A stretch of 63,499 nucleotides of DNA, filler included, from an uncultured bacterium (GTDB lineage Bacteria > CAZSTA01), in the NCBI GenBank assembly GCA_964609495.1. It is 5 parts of 5 records of this genome, joined end to end, with 100 filler letters (N's around TTAATTAATTAA, not from the genome) between each part and the next. Parts side by side here need not be neighbours in the genome. Positions count along the whole stretch, not along the records: positions 25,976 to 38,792 come from CAZSTA010000101.1; positions 38,893 to 51,286 come from CAZSTA010000102.1; 3 more parts are not named here. One strand, given 5' to 3'. Shown piece by piece: positions 37,538-50,433 of this stretch (its first letter is position 1; each line of letters begins with the position of its first letter). The notes under the pieces were generated by a model. It saw only the letters and a program-made list of their open reading frames with translations. It had not been told where the DNA came from and searched no databases. The position numbers and the translations under genes were made by a program.

Positions 37538-38331
37538 ACAGGATCGATGAGAAATTCGGGACTTTGTTGAGGGATGGAGATAAGGCTCTGATGCCCTATG
37601 TAACCGCTGGCTATCCAAGATTAGCCCTTACTAAATCATTGGTGTTAGAGCTGGAGGAGAAGGGAGCAGATATGATCGAATTGGGAGTTCCTTTCTCCGA
37701 CCCGATTGCCGATGGTCCCACTATCCAAAAAGCCTCCCAAGTTGCCCTAGAGAATGGAACAAATTTGAAGAAGATCCTGGCGGTGGTGGAAGATATACGT
37801 CGAGATAGTTCCCTGCCTATAGCTCTTATGAGCTATTACAATCCCATATATGGATATGGCTTAAAGGAATTAGTTCAGGCTGCTAAATCGGTAGGGATCG
37901 ATGGCTTCATCATTCCCGATCTATCTCCCGAAGAGGCAGGGGAGTTCAAAAGTTATACTGACAAAGCTGATTTAGATTTGATATTCCTCTTAGCTCCTAC
38001 TAGCTCTCCTCATCGGATGAAGCTATTGACCGATATGACAAAGGGGTTTATCTATTGTGTCTCCTTAACTGGGGTGACAGGAGCTAGAGAATCTTTGTCT
38101 AAAGGATTAGAGGAACTAGTATCTAGGATAAGAAGCATCACCTCGAAGCCGATCGGAGTTGGCTTTGGAATATCGACTCCGCAACAGGCAAAGATGGTGG
38201 CAGAGTGGGCAGATGGGGTTATCGTAGGTAGCGCGATAATCAGATTGATCGAAAAGGAACGATCCGAAAAGAAGCTTTTAAATTCGGTGGGGAATTTCAT
38301 CAAGAGTTTGAAGGAAGCGATGATTGGTTGA
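37534..38331 (+). CDS. trpA: Tryptophan synthase alpha chain
   Basis: [34 protein letters not shown]. Confidence 0.98.
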   Translation: MNRIDEKFGTLLRDGDKALMPYVTAGYPRLALTKSLVLELEEKGADMIELGVPFSDPIADGPTIQKASQVALENGTNLKKILAVVEDIRRDSSLPIALMSYYNPIYGYGLKELVQAAKSVGIDGFIIPDLSPEEAGEFKSYTDKADLDLIFLLAPTSSPHRMKLLTDMTKGFIYCVSLTGVTGARESLSKGLEELVSRIRSITSKPIGVGFGISTPQQAKMVAEWADGVIVGSAIIRLIEKERSEKKLLNSVGNFIKSLKEAMIG

Positions 38332-38434
38332 ACGTTCATTCACCTGCCATCTAGGGATTATTAGCGTTGGTTGAGAGAACAATATGCTGATCCGAAGTAG
38401 CCGCTCCGATATTTTACTTATTCAATAGCAGGAG

Positions 38435-38549
38435 GATATAAACATCGCCTATATCACTCTTACTAGTTGCCTACTAAACATTTTATTGCGGCCCAATATC
38501 CCTTCCCTTCTGCTCTCTTCTTCTCATAATACATCCTTGATATCTCATT
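38435..38549 (-). pseudogene. IS110-family transposase C-terminal relic
   Basis: Hand translation NEISRMYYEKKRAEGKGYWAAIKCL, frameshift, RQLVRVI*AMF matches the typical IS110 C-terminus. Confidence 0.6.
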
Positions 38550-38708
38550 TTTAAGTAGTTTCAAAATTTTTTGTCTGAGATGTTTGAGAGCATATTAGAT
38601 CTTGAACTTATCTTAGATCACCCTCCCTTAACCCCTCCTGTCTTGGTCCTTGCCGAATTAATAGGACTATTGAAGATTTTTCTCCTGTTAGATCTCGAAC
38701 TCTCCTTA

Positions 38709-38792
38709 GATCACCCTCCCCCTTCCCCCTCCCATTGAGGGAGGGGGAACTAAAGAGAGCAGTCTTATCTCAATGTCCCCTCTCCCCTCGTG
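38709..38792 (+). repeat. BoxC/triplex-like repeat, copy 3 (cut by contig end; partial copy at ~38593-38640)
   Basis: CACCCTCCCCCTTCCCCCTCCCATTGAGGGAGGGGG...TATCTCAATGTCCCCTCTCCCCTCGTG. Confidence 0.8.
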
Positions 38793-38892
38793 NNNNNNNN
38801 NNNNNNNNNNNNNNNNNNNNNNNNNNNNNNNNNNNNTTAATTAATTAANNNNNNNNNNNNNNNNNNNNNNNNNNNNNNNNNNNNNNNNNNNN
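38793..38892. other. Artificial contig spacer
   Basis: N-run with TTAATTAATTAA. Confidence 0.97.
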
Positions 38893-38934
38893 CCTCCCCC
38901 AGGGAGGAGAAACTCTTAAATTCTTATATCACCC

Positions 38935-40815
38935 TTATTTTTGTTTAATGAAGTATTGTTCTGGGTAGGTATTGGCAGGAGTAAGGTAAGGCCAACTGGA
39001 AGCAGCCTGCTCAGGAACATTGCGGAAGTTATTCTTCACTATGAAGATCGAAGGAGTGTCCCCTACAGTCCCAATTTGATAGCAGAGTTCCGCCCTCCAG
39101 CGGAGGAAGTCCTTAGCTGCTTTAATTCTCTCTTCTTGACCAATTGCTGTCACATAGTTATCGTATAAATTGAAAAGTTTGATGAAATCCTCCGGAGGTG
39201 TTTCTCCCTTTTCCCCTTTCGTGTTATACCACAACATCCATTGAGGAGCATTTGCATCCCAATATACAGAGGGGAGAAACTTTTGCGCATTCACTGCAAA
39301 TGCTGCATCGGTACTCCATACGAATACATCGACAGTGCCCATCTGTGTGCGTTCTTCAAGCAGGTCTCGACTCTCGCTCTTAATAAACACCTTGATTCCT
39401 ATCTGTTCCCAATAGTCCTTTATCAGCTCACTTGCTTTAATCCACTCAGGGAGGAAGGAACCTACATCAACAGTCAGCAACAGAGTTTCCCCATCAGAAC
39501 GAAGTCTAAAGCCCTCGGCATCTTTTTTACTTAAGCCTATCTCATCTAATAGGCTATTTGCTTCTTCCGGGTCATATTCAGCATATTTAGCCGCAAATTC
39601 TTCTTCGTAATAAGGACTCAAGGAGACAACCGTTGATTGTCTGGACACAGCTATCCCCAAATAACAAAGGTCATTTATCTCCCCACGATCTATGGCCAAG
39701 GAGAGGGCGATACGGAACTTTCTATTTTGAAAAAGCTCGCGCAAAACAGGGTCCTTACAATTTAGGTTAGGATGAAGAGTGAAACTAGAGCCGTGGTCTG
39801 ATACCCATTTCAGAACTCGGTAATCACCTTTCTCTCTGTTTTCCATATAAAGAGGATAGTTTGCCACCATCAGATGTCGACCTTGCATCTCTACCTCGCC
39901 ACTTACTATCTTCATCCCAACTATTTCCGTGTTTTCCACTATATCCAGAGCGATTCTGTCGATATAGGGAAGTTGATTGCCTTCTGGATCCACCTTATAG
40001 TAATATGGATTTCGCCCATATACAACTCTCGTTGGAGTAGCGCTTTCCACTATCCAAGCTGTAAGGTGAGGACGCTCTGTGTCCCATTGCATGAGTGCCC
40101 AATCACTATGTGACTTAAACAGCTCATACCAGAATTCAAATTTTTCTTCCTTCATTAACTCTTCCAATTTATCCATTGATGTGTACTTGGGATGAAATTG
40201 CTTCAGGTAGTGCTTGGGTTTATCGGTCATATACAGGCCACCACTATCAGCTGTACTTTCCAAAAACAATCCCCAAGGTTCAGCGAAATGAAATCTTATT
40301 GTGTAGTCATCCAGTTTCTCTAACTCTCCCCCTTCTTTTATCCACTTAGGCTTAACAGGGGTAAGTTCATCGTTGAGGAGATAGTCCTCATACCAAAACA
40401 TAATATCATCAGCAGTGAAAGGTTCCCCATCTGACCATTTTATACCTTTTCTTAAATAAAAGGTATAAACCTTCCCGTCTGGGGAAATCTCCCAGCTTTT
40501 AGCTATATCGGGGACTAGGGGGTAACCGTCAGCACTCCAGTGGGTAAACCCTGTACTATTCAGGCGTGGCCAACTTACATCGCCAAATGATACAGCTAGT
40601 CTATGCCAGGTCCCTCCGTATTGTCCAATCTCCTCCACCGGCTCTATTATCACGGGCTCCTCGGGAAGTCTTTCCTCCACTGGGGGAAGTTCACCTGCTT
40701 CCACTAGTGGCTTCAACATAGGAGCTTCGTTATACTCCGTCTCAGCATACAAGGGAACTGAGACAAGCACCAACATAACTACCAGACAAGTAGCAAGTAT
40801 TAAATTCTTTTTCAC
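38935..40815 (-). CDS. ABC transporter solute-binding protein, family 5 (oligopeptide/sugar type)
   Basis: Signal peptide, EAPML..LV..GELPPVEERLP, KWSDGEPFTADD, GNQLPYID. Confidence 0.92.
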   Translation of the reverse strand: MKKNLILATCLVVMLVLVSVPLYAETEYNEAPMLKPLVEAGELPPVEERLPEEPVIIEPVEEIGQYGGTWHRLAVSFGDVSWPRLNSTGFTHWSADGYPLVPDIAKSWEISPDGKVYTFYLRKGIKWSDGEPFTADDIMFWYEDYLLNDELTPVKPKWIKEGGELEKLDDYTIRFHFAEPWGLFLESTADSGGLYMTDKPKHYLKQFHPKYTSMDKLEELMKEEKFEFWYELFKSHSDWALMQWDTERPHLTAWIVESATPTRVVYGRNPYYYKVDPEGNQLPYIDRIALDIVENTEIVGMKIVSGEVEMQGRHLMVANYPLYMENREKGDYRVLKWVSDHGSSFTLHPNLNCKDPVLRELFQNRKFRIALSLAIDRGEINDLCYLGIAVSRQSTVVSLSPYYEEEFAAKYAEYDPEEANSLLDEIGLSKKDAEGFRLRSDGETLLLTVDVGSFLPEWIKASELIKDYWEQIGIKVFIKSESRDLLEERTQMGTVDVFVWSTDAAFAVNAQKFLPSVYWDANAPQWMLWYNTKGEKGETPPEDFIKLFNLYDNYVTAIGQEERIKAAKDFLRWRAELCYQIGTVGDTPSIFIVKNNFRNVPEQAASSWPYLTPANTYPEQYFIKQK

Positions 40816-41073
40816 TTCTTTTCCCTCCTTTGTAAAATTAGTTTTTTGAGGATATTACTCTTTGCTCGTCTTTATATCTCTTCTGAGTTATGCGGAAAAA
40901 TCACCTCCTTCCTACTATAATTATACAGTAACCTCGGGCTTTGATGAAGAGCTATTGTAGAACTAAGGTATCAGCACACTAATTACAGCTCTATCACAAA
41001 ATCAGAAGAAGCTCAAATACTTTTAGTGTTGGAAAGAATGATAAGAAAGTGGCGATAATTCCAGAGATAGGGA

Positions 41074-41762
41074 ATGATCGCTACTGTTAAAGCTAAAACA
41101 GCTCTTTGACATACTGAAAAAAATCACCGAAGAGATCTTATCAGAAAAAAAAGGGGCGTCCTTCTTCCCCTCCCCCTGGTCGTTCCCTATCCGATGAGAC
41201 AGTGGCTCTATCAGCTCTCATGATACTTCTCGCTATACCCTCAAAGGTTGGTCTATCAATCTTCTTCACCAGAAGCTTACTGCTTATCATGATCCTACTT
41301 ATCGACAACTGCTCGGAGTTAGACTATCTCAGATACCCTCTCGGAGAACACTCAATAATCATTCTCATCATCCGTCAGTCAAAGCCTTCTTAGAGAAGCT
41401 CTTACGTCGCCTCCTTACCCGTCTCCTCAACAGTCGTAATCTCTCTCTAATAGCTATAGATATGACTGATATCCCTCGCTCCCGCAAGGATCATCTAGCT
41501 AAGTGGGGGAGCTACTTCGGAGGATAATATCTCCTATAGATACAAACTACATCTTATAATTACTAGAGATGGAGTAATAATCGCTTTCTTCTTAACTACG
41601 GCGGAGAAGAGGGGATCGAAAATAGCAGGGAAGCTCTTTAATCAAGTGCGAAGATGCTTATCGAGGAGGAAGAGGAGAAGAATGAGAGTGGGAACAGCTG
41701 ATGAGGGATATGATGCTAATATTGTTTCCAAGACTAACTTTCTATTTGCACTTAGCATCTGA
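41074..41762 (+). pseudogene. Degenerate DDE transposase (IS4/IS5/IS982-like)
   Basis: Fragments LIAIDMTDIP...AKWG, YKLHLIITRDGVIIAFFLTTA, ADEGYD broken by stops and frameshifts. Confidence 0.7.
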
Positions 41763-41848
41763 ATTATGTATGCGAAGAGTATCCAAATTCTAACTACCCA
41801 TTTTTAATGCAACACCCAAATACATTATAAACAAAAATGAATGATTTG

Positions 41849-44800
41849 TCAATTGTTTTTGAAAATGTTCTCATCATTGAAATTATGAGCTTTTATTTTA
41901 TCTAAAGCAATTCTTGCCGCATCTCGCATATCTCTATCCTCATCTTTTAGTGCCTCTATCAAAGCATCAATTGCCTGTTGAGCCTTTAGCTCCCCTAAAG
42001 CTCTAGCTGCTCTAGCCCGCACGTTATTGTCCTCATCCTTAAGAGCTTCGATGAGGGGAGAGATAGCTTGCTCTGCTTTTAGTTTCCCTAAAGCCCTAGC
42101 TGCTCTAGCCCGCACGTTATTGTCCTCGTCCTTAAGAGCTTCGATAAGAGGAGAGGTGGCTTGCTCTGCTTTTAGTTTCCCTAGAGCTCTAGCTGCTCTA
42201 GCCCGCACATTGCTATCCTCATCCTTAAGAGCTTCGATGAGGGGAACTATCGAGCTTTCTCCGATTTTTGCTAAAGTCCTAGTCGCTCTAGCCCGCACGT
42301 TACTGTCCTCATCCTTAAGAGCTTCGATAAGAGGAGAGATAGCTTGTTGTGTCTTCAATTCTCCCAGTGCCCATGCTGCCCTAGCCCGCACGTTACTGTC
42401 CTCATCCTTAAGAGCTTCGATGAGGGAGGGAATTGAACTTTCTCCAATTTTCACTAAAGCCCGAACTGCCCTAGCTCGCACATTCCTATCCTCATCCTTA
42501 AGAGCTTGAATGAGGGGAACTATCGAGCTTTCTCCCATTTTTACTAAATCCTCAGCCGCGCTAGCTCGCACATCCCAATATTCATCCTTAAGAGCTTCGA
42601 TAAGAGAGGAGACGGCTTGTTGTGCTTTTAGCTTTCCTAAGGCCCTAGCTGCTCTAGCCCGCACATGCCAATCCTCGTCCTTAAGAGCTTCGATAAGGGG
42701 AAAGATAGCTTGTTGTGCTTTTAGCTTTCCTAAGGCCCTAGCTGCTCTAGCCCGCACATGCCAATCCTCGTCCTTAAGNNNNNNNNNNNNNNNNNNNNNN
42801 NNNNNNNNNNNNNNNNNNNNNNNNNNNNNNNNNNNNNNNNNNNNNNNNNNNNNNNNNNNNNNNNNNNNNNNNNNNNNNTTAAGGGCTTCGATAAGAGGAG
42901 AGGTAGCTTGCTCTGCTTTTAACCTTCCTAAGGCCTCAACTGCCCCAGCCCGCACATAACTATCCTTATCTTTAAGGGCTTCGATAAGAGGAGAGGTAGC
43001 TTGCTCTGCTTTTAACCTTCCTAAGGCCTCAACTGCCCCAGCCCGCACATAACTATCCTTATCCTCAAGAGCTTTAATAAGAGGAGGTATTGAGCTTTCT
43101 CCAATTTTCGCTAAGGCCCGGGCTGCCCTAGCCCGCACATAATTACTCTCATCCTTAAGAGCTTCGATAAGGAAGGGCATTGAGCTTTCTCCGATTTTTG
43201 CCAAAGCTCGTGTTGCCCTAGCACGCACATTCCAATCCTTATCCTTGAGGGCTTGGATAAGGGGAGAGATAGCTTGTTGAGTCTCTAGTTCCCCTAGGGC
43301 CTGAACCGATTTAGCCCGCACATTCCAATCCGCATCCTTAAGAGCTTGAATTTCAGCAAGAAGTTCTTTTGTTCCCTCATCTCCTATTTTCTCTAAAGCT
43401 TCTGTTGCCCTATCGAACACATTTCTATCCTGATCTTTAAGAGCTTGAATAAGGAGCTCTACTGCTCTCTCATCCCCTATCTTGCCTAAAGCTTCGGCTA
43501 CAATAGATCGGATAGAACTATCCTTATCATTTAGAGCTTGAATAAGGGGCTCTACCGCTCTCTCATCCCCTATCTCTCCCAAAGCTTGCGCTGCTCCAAA
43601 TCGTATATTCTTATCTTTATCCTTGAGAGCTTTGATAAGGGGCTCCACCGCTGGTTCTCCTATCTTACTTAAAGCTAACGAAGCATATTTTTCAGTAGAT
43701 TTCTTATCCCGATGTTTAAAAGCTTCAATAAGAGAAGCTATTGCTTTCTCTCCTCCTACTTCAGTCAGTAGTTCTATTACTGATAGTTCTATATTGCCCC
43801 TGCTTTTAATTAACTGAATTATCGAATCTACCAATTGATCAACTTTATCAATAGAAATCCTCAAATCGAGTTGATTATGATATTGCCAAACCTTATCCAA
43901 CAACCCCGGAGGAATCGGATCTTTATATCTCTCGAAACTAATCAATGCCAGCTCGAAATCATCTAATACTTGAGCTATTTCCACATCATTTTCAAATTTA
44001 TCCTTTATATAATCACGAAATATATCATGATATAGATCCCACTTCTCAACTTTATTTAATTTTCTGATATATCGTGTGTCACCAGATGATAGATGAGTTA
44101 GCGCATCATCAATATCTTTTTGAGTATAGCTAAAACCTGTAACTCCTATAGCTTTACATAGTTCTATATTATCCATTGGTCTTACAGCCAATCGTTTTAG
44201 TATCTCCTGTTCTAAAGATTTACCATCTCCCAGCACATTCCATATCCTATCGTGAAGTGCTTCTAAGCTGATTTTGCTATACTTACTATAGAAATTCCAA
44301 TCTAGGTGTTGCTTATTATTCTTATTGAGATCATCCCATAGGATATAACCCAGTAGATTAATATAGTATGGCTCTCCTTTAGTCTTCTCTAAAATATCTT
44401 CTTTTACATCATCGTCTATAGTTATATCTGTTCTCTCCATACCCTCCTCTATAATCGAGCTTGTTTCCTCCTCCGAGAGATTTCCTAATATCTGAATCTG
44501 AGGAGGGGATATGAAATATCTGTGACTAAGGAAATCAAGATTATATCCTGCTAGGGGAAAACCATTTTCTGGCCTTATACTAAAGATTAATAGAATAGGT
44601 AGTTTATCACCTACTATCTTCTTTATCGAGTTTGTTATCACTTCTAGAACACGTCCTAGAATATTCTCAAATCTAGGAAGAAGAAATTCATCAACCCGAT
44701 CAAAAATTAGTATAAAGATCCTATCTCCTAACTTGTCTTTCTTCTTCAAATCCTCATAAAAGCCTAATATCTTTTCGAAGAAAAACTTAGCTGCGTTTAA

Positions 44801-45244
44801 ATCGTCATCTGGAACTTCTTCCCTTAGCTTTGAGAGATCTGTAGATACATCAAAAGAAATTGGTTGTTCCAATGCAGAAGAAATTTGTGTAGATATAGTC
44901 TCTGATAGATTTCTTAAATCTTCCTCTTCAAGCCTCCATTTTACAGGAAGTTTATTAATAAATTCCTTGTAAAGAGAACGAAATAGACTGGAGAAGGAAT
45001 CATACTCTTTCATATCAGCGAAGATTGCAATAGATTTGTCAGAGCTATCTATCTTTTCAAATTGATATAACAAGCTTGATTTTCCTATCCCAGCTTTTCC
45101 CATCACAACCCAACTTTTGAGTTTTTCCCCTTTTCTTGCTTTGTCAATATATAGTCTGAAAGTGTTTATTATCTCTCCACGGCCTACAAAATTATCTTTT
45201 GCTGGCTCAAATGGAGTAAAGGGATTTTCCATACTCCCCATCAT
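41849..45244 (-). CDS. STAND-like ATPase with C-terminal HEAT (PBS-lyase) repeats (spans 100-N gap)
   Basis: NPF...FVGR, Walker A GKAGIGKS, Walker [13 protein letters not shown], then about 20 31-aa [20 protein letters not shown] repeats. Confidence 0.85.
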   Translation of the reverse strand: MMGSMENPFTPFEPAKDNFVGRGEIINTFRLYIDKARKGEKLKSWVVMGKAGIGKSSLLYQFEKIDSSDKSIAIFADMKEYDSFSSLFRSLYKEFINKLPVKWRLEEEDLRNLSETISTQISSALEQPISFDVSTDLSKLREEVPDDDLNAAKFFFEKILGFYEDLKKKDKLGDRIFILIFDRVDEFLLPRFENILGRVLEVITNSIKKIVGDKLPILLIFSIRPENGFPLAGYNLDFLSHRYFISPPQIQILGNLSEEETSSIIEEGMERTDITIDDDVKEDILEKTKGEPYYINLLGYILWDDLNKNNKQHLDWNFYSKYSKISLEALHDRIWNVLGDGKSLEQEILKRLAVRPMDNIELCKAIGVTGFSYTQKDIDDALTHLSSGDTRYIRKLNKVEKWDLYHDIFRDYIKDKFENDVEIAQVLDDFELALISFERYKDPIPPGLLDKVWQYHNQLDLRISIDKVDQLVDSIIQLIKSRGNIELSVIELLTEVGGEKAIASLIEAFKHRDKKSTEKYASLALSKIGEPAVEPLIKALKDKDKNIRFGAAQALGEIGDERAVEPLIQALNDKDSSIRSIVAEALGKIGDERAVELLIQALKDQDRNVFDRATEALEKIGDEGTKELLAEIQALKDADWNVRAKSVQALGELETQQAISPLIQALKDKDWNVRARATRALAKIGESSMPFLIEALKDESNYVRARAARALAKIGESSIPPLIKALEDKDSYVRAGAVEALGRLKAEQATSPLIEALKDKDSYVRAGAVEALGRLKAEQATSPLIEALXXXXXXXXXXXXXXXXXXXXXXXXXXXXXXXXXXLKDEDWHVRARAARALGKLKAQQAIFPLIEALKDEDWHVRARAARALGKLKAQQAVSSLIEALKDEYWDVRASAAEDLVKMGESSIVPLIQALKDEDRNVRARAVRALVKIGESSIPSLIEALKDEDSNVRARAAWALGELKTQQAISPLIEALKDEDSNVRARATRTLAKIGESSIVPLIEALKDEDSNVRARAARALGKLKAEQATSPLIEALKDEDNNVRARAARALGKLKAEQAISPLIEALKDEDNNVRARAARALGELKAQQAIDALIEALKDEDRDMRDAARIALDKIKAHNFNDENIFKNN
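41900..43750 (-). repeat. 93-bp coding tandem repeats (HEAT)
   Basis: Near-identical TCCTTAAGAGCTTCGAT / GCTCTAGCCCGCAC units. Confidence 0.85.
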
Positions 45245-45314
45245 CCTCCCTAAACTTCTCTTAACATAATCTCGAAAGCGATAGTTCTATATCATCATCA
45301 CATAAACTAACTAT

Positions 45315-45343
45315 ATTATACTCTAATTAAGGCTTGATGTCAA
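45315..45343 (-). promoter_or_regulatory. Consensus sigma70 promoter of the ATPase-HEAT gene
   Basis: Reverse strand TTGACA-17-TATAAT. Confidence 0.75.
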
Positions 45344-45366
45344 GAATCTGATATCCGCAAATAATC

Positions 45367-45395
45367 TTTACTTTTCTCTGATAATATGTTATAAT
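45367..45395 (+). promoter_or_regulatory. Divergent sigma70 promoter
   Basis: TTTACT-17-TATAAT with TG extension. Confidence 0.6.
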
Positions 45396-45458
45396 CTCTT
45401 TAGGATTATAAATTTGCGCGCGCTTGTTTTTCGCTGAAGGTTTTATAAGGAGGAATCT

Positions 45459-47447
45459 ATGATGTTTAAGAGAATGGTCATAGTTAGATTTATCCTTATT
45501 TTATTTCTAGTAGCTATCAGCAATCTTCAACTCTTTCCAGCTCTAGCGGCAGGAAGTTCTGAAGAGGCGGCTCTGGGAGTAAAGAATATGGTGGCTAATC
45601 CTAAACCTAGTTTTAAGGTTGATATTTGGACGGATAGGGGTGATGGCGCGCTATATAGTAAAGGAGAAGAGATAAAGTTACATTTCAAGGCGGATCGCGA
45701 TTGTTATGTGATGATCTTCGACCTCACTCCTAGCAGTGAAGTGAAGGTTATATTTCCCACTGAAGGTGATACCAGCGCCTCTATTAAGGGTGGTAAGGTA
45801 TATACGATCCCTTCGAAAGAGGATAGCTTTAAATTAATGGCTGTTGAACCTGAAGGAGTAGAGGCTTTTAAGATCATAGCCACTAGCGCCCCAATGCAGA
45901 TTCGGAAGGAAGATCTGATTGAGGGACGCGATGTATTTCCGACAGTTAGAGAAAATGCTCAAAATTTCATCTTTCGTCTCAAGGATGCCTTAGAAGTCCT
46001 GCCCTTTGAGGATTGGGCAGAGGATACGCTCTTGATCAGTGTAGGCAGGCTCTCTCTCTTATCTACGGCGCCTGAACCTCTTTCGCCTGCTCCAACTGAG
46101 ATCGTGGTTCGACCCGAGTTAGGGGGAATATTTATATCCTCAGATCCTTCTGATGCTGATGTATATATAAATGGTAAATATCTAGGAAGGACTCCCTTCG
46201 ATACAGATAACCTCCTAGCAGGCGAATATCGAGTAAAAATGGTGAAGAGCGGATATTGGAATTGGGAAGAGACAGTTACGATCAGGGAGGAAGTTAAGAG
46301 TAGATTGGATATAAAACTAGCTCCTAAGCTAAGTGAGGTAGCCGCGATGGAGGGGGAGGGGATGGAAGTCCAACAGGTTGAAGTTCAGCCCTATCAAGCT
46401 ACCGGTTCTCTTACTATCACCTCTGAGCCATCTCAATCCGCGGTGTTTCTGGAGGGAAGTTATAAGGGGGAAACCCCTATAAATCTTAAGAATTTGCAGA
46501 TAGGACGAACTTATCATCTTAGGATATCTAAGATGGGATACAAGGATTGGGAGGCTGATGTTAGTGTTAAGAGAGAACAAACCGAGGTTATCAATGTTAA
46601 GCTATTATCTGGGGGATATGAGCAACAATCTAATATAGGTGTTTATAGCGTTGAAAGTGGCGTCTCCCAGGTCATACTTGCTCCTAAATCGGTGAGATCA
46701 TTAACTGTGAAATCTAATCCTTCAGGAGCGGCTGTATATGTTGATGGCGTTTATATGGGAAGTACCCCTCTCGCTATGACCGGATTCATAGCCGGGAATT
46801 ACTATACTATAAAGTTGATTAGGAATGGATATGAGAACTGGGAGCGCACGATCGTTATCTATGAAGACGGAGTGGGAGAAGTGAACGCGGAACTTATACC
46901 TATCAAAGAGGTACAGGTAGAGGATTATTCCTCCGGTCCTATTCAGCTTGAGCTATACACCCCGGAGTCGGAGATCAGCACGGTAGCCTATCAGCCTTAT
47001 GATTCTCCCCAAGCCGCCTCGGTTACTATAGATATATCTCAGGTGAGATTGGAGATTATCCCTTCCCCTCGAGATAATCGCTACTGGGGAGCTAAGATAA
47101 GTTATAGATTATCACGAGATGCGTTTGTTACCTTTAGTATATATGATTCAGTCAATCGATTGGTAAAAGGTTGGCCCGAGGAATTTCAATCGGCTGGCTC
47201 TAATTCTCTGATCTGGGATGGACAGGATAAACGAGGAAAATTCGTAGGTAAAGGTGATTATATATATCGCCTCGAGGCGGTGGATGCCGCGAGTGGAGAG
47301 AAGATAAAGACTACGAAGGAGGGGATCTTTCGGATAGGGGATCCCCGCCTTCAGGAAGAAGAAGCCCGAAAGGCTGCTCCTGAGCAAGAATTTCCCTACG
47401 CTATGGTCGGCTTAGTCCTTATTGTTCTCCTAGTTCTACTGTTATAG
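45459..47447 (+). CDS. Exported DUF4384-like + 3x PEGA + FlgD-Ig protein with C-terminal membrane anchor
   Basis: Signal peptide; VDIWTDR..G..Y..GE; S.P..A.VY..G.Y.G.TP x3; WDGQDKRG; hydrophobic C-terminus. Confidence 0.75.
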   Translation: MMFKRMVIVRFILILFLVAISNLQLFPALAAGSSEEAALGVKNMVANPKPSFKVDIWTDRGDGALYSKGEEIKLHFKADRDCYVMIFDLTPSSEVKVIFPTEGDTSASIKGGKVYTIPSKEDSFKLMAVEPEGVEAFKIIATSAPMQIRKEDLIEGRDVFPTVRENAQNFIFRLKDALEVLPFEDWAEDTLLISVGRLSLLSTAPEPLSPAPTEIVVRPELGGIFISSDPSDADVYINGKYLGRTPFDTDNLLAGEYRVKMVKSGYWNWEETVTIREEVKSRLDIKLAPKLSEVAAMEGEGMEVQQVEVQPYQATGSLTITSEPSQSAVFLEGSYKGETPINLKNLQIGRTYHLRISKMGYKDWEADVSVKREQTEVINVKLLSGGYEQQSNIGVYSVESGVSQVILAPKSVRSLTVKSNPSGAAVYVDGVYMGSTPLAMTGFIAGNYYTIKLIRNGYENWERTIVIYEDGVGEVNAELIPIKEVQVEDYSSGPIQLELYTPESEISTVAYQPYDSPQAASVTIDISQVRLEIIPSPRDNRYWGAKISYRLSRDAFVTFSIYDSVNRLVKGWPEEFQSAGSNSLIWDGQDKRGKFVGKGDYIYRLEAVDAASGEKIKTTKEGIFRIGDPRLQEEEARKAAPEQEFPYAMVGLVLIVLLVLLL

Positions 47448-48446
47448 TTCGACTGGCATTCCTGTCCTTAGAGAGGTGGTTATCGCTTCGACCACTTCTA
47501 CCGCTTTTTTACCTTCCTCTCCAGATATCAAAGGTTCTCGATCCTCCAGCACGCACTTCACGAAATAGGTGATCTCATCCCGCAATATTCCGACTATCTC
47601 ATTATGAACTGGGGGCAGATAGGTAGTATCTAAGAACCTCTGCAAATCCTTGGTAAAGATCTGAAGTCCCTGATCGCGTATGTGGACAAAGATCGATCCT
47701 TCCGTTCCCACTATCTCCAGGCGAGCGTCGAGGGTGGAGATGGACCAATCAGGCATAATCCAAGAGACCTCCAGATTGGCTATCGCTCCATTTTGAAAGC
47801 GCATCGTAGTCAGAATAGTATCCTCTACCCCTAAATCAGTTAAGGCTTTAGAGCAAGATTCTGCATATACTTTGGTTATTTCGCTGGCTATACACCAGCG
47901 CATAATATCTATGTCATGCACTCCGAGATAGAATAATACCGAGGTTCGTCCTCCGATACGGCGACCATTCGATATCAAGTTATTGCGCCTCGCTACCATA
48001 TGCACTATATCCCCTAGCTCACCGTTCTGGACTATATCTCTAGCCTGAACATAGCGAGGATCAAAACGCAAGGTATGTCCCACCATTAGTTTGACCTTGG
48101 CTTTCTTAGCGGCCTCAATAATAACCTGAGCATCCTGAGAGCTAGTAGCTAGAGGTTTCTCTATAAGGATATGCTTTCCCGCCTCAGCCGCCGCTACGGC
48201 TGGTTCGAGGTGAATCTGATCGGAGGTGCAGATGCTAACCGCTTGAATATCATCTCTCTCGAGAAGTTTCCTATAGTCATTATATCCTTCTACTCCCAGA
48301 TCTCGGGAGATGATATCTACCCTTTCAGGATTTATGTCAACTACTGCTGCCAATTCGCTCGTTGGCATCTGAGATAATATCCTAGCGTGTAACTCTCCCA
48401 TCTGTCCGACACCGATGACGCCTACTTTCAATCTTTCATAACCCAT
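47442..48446 (-). CDS. Gfo/Idh/MocA family oxidoreductase
   Basis: GVIGVGQMG, IEKP, GHTLRF, HDID. Confidence 0.9.
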   Translation of the reverse strand: MGYERLKVGVIGVGQMGELHARILSQMPTSELAAVVDINPERVDIISRDLGVEGYNDYRKLLERDDIQAVSICTSDQIHLEPAVAAAEAGKHILIEKPLATSSQDAQVIIEAAKKAKVKLMVGHTLRFDPRYVQARDIVQNGELGDIVHMVARRNNLISNGRRIGGRTSVLFYLGVHDIDIMRWCIASEITKVYAESCSKALTDLGVEDTILTTMRFQNGAIANLEVSWIMPDWSISTLDARLEIVGTEGSIFVHIRDQGLQIFTKDLQRFLDTTYLPPVHNEIVGILRDEITYFVKCVLEDREPLISGEEGKKAVEVVEAITTSLRTGMPVEL

Positions 48447-48500
48447 ATATCAGTCCTCCTGTTCTAAGTGGTTTCAAAGAAGTTTCAGGGAGAGTTCTTT

Positions 48501-48610
48501 AAATCACCCTCCCCTAGCCCCTCCCATCGAGGGAGGGGAAAATAAGAGAGCAGTTTTATCTCAATGTCCCCTCTCCCCTCGTGGGAGAGGGATAGAATGA
48601 GGGGGGATAC
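48501..48610 (+). repeat. BoxC/triplex-like repeat, copy 4
   Basis: Full two-hairpin unit as at 21586. Confidence 0.85.
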
Positions 48611-48646
48611 CAAAGAAGTAATTCCAACCAGCCTTGTTTTCCCAAA

Positions 48647-50155
<1,509 letters not shown>

Positions 50156-50196
50156 TCAAAAATCGGCTTAAATATAACTGTCAGTCAATTAATCAC

Positions 50197-50225
50197 ATTA
50201 TATTATGTTATAAGAACGATGTCAA
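50197..50225 (-). promoter_or_regulatory. Consensus sigma70 promoter of glpK
   Basis: Reverse strand TTGACA-17-TATAAT. Confidence 0.75.
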
Positions 50226-50433
50226 GGGTTATCATAAAGATCATCCCTCTTTGAAGGAAATTTTTCAAAAGAAAGAGTAGAAATATGAACTCAAGTCGGA
50301 GGGGGGAAATGTTTGATATACAGAATAGTGAGATATGATTGTTGAAAATATTTATTTTTATGGTATAATTATGGATAATCGGAGAAGTTTGAAATGTTTC
50401 TCGAAACAATAAAATATAAAGGAGTTAATCACA

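Noticed and set aside
42027-42959. Long plus-strand ORFs opposite the HEAT repeats, and other antisense ORFs in the track (e.g. 3968-4474, 31069-31389)
   Set aside because: Shadow frames of well-supported genes on the other strand.
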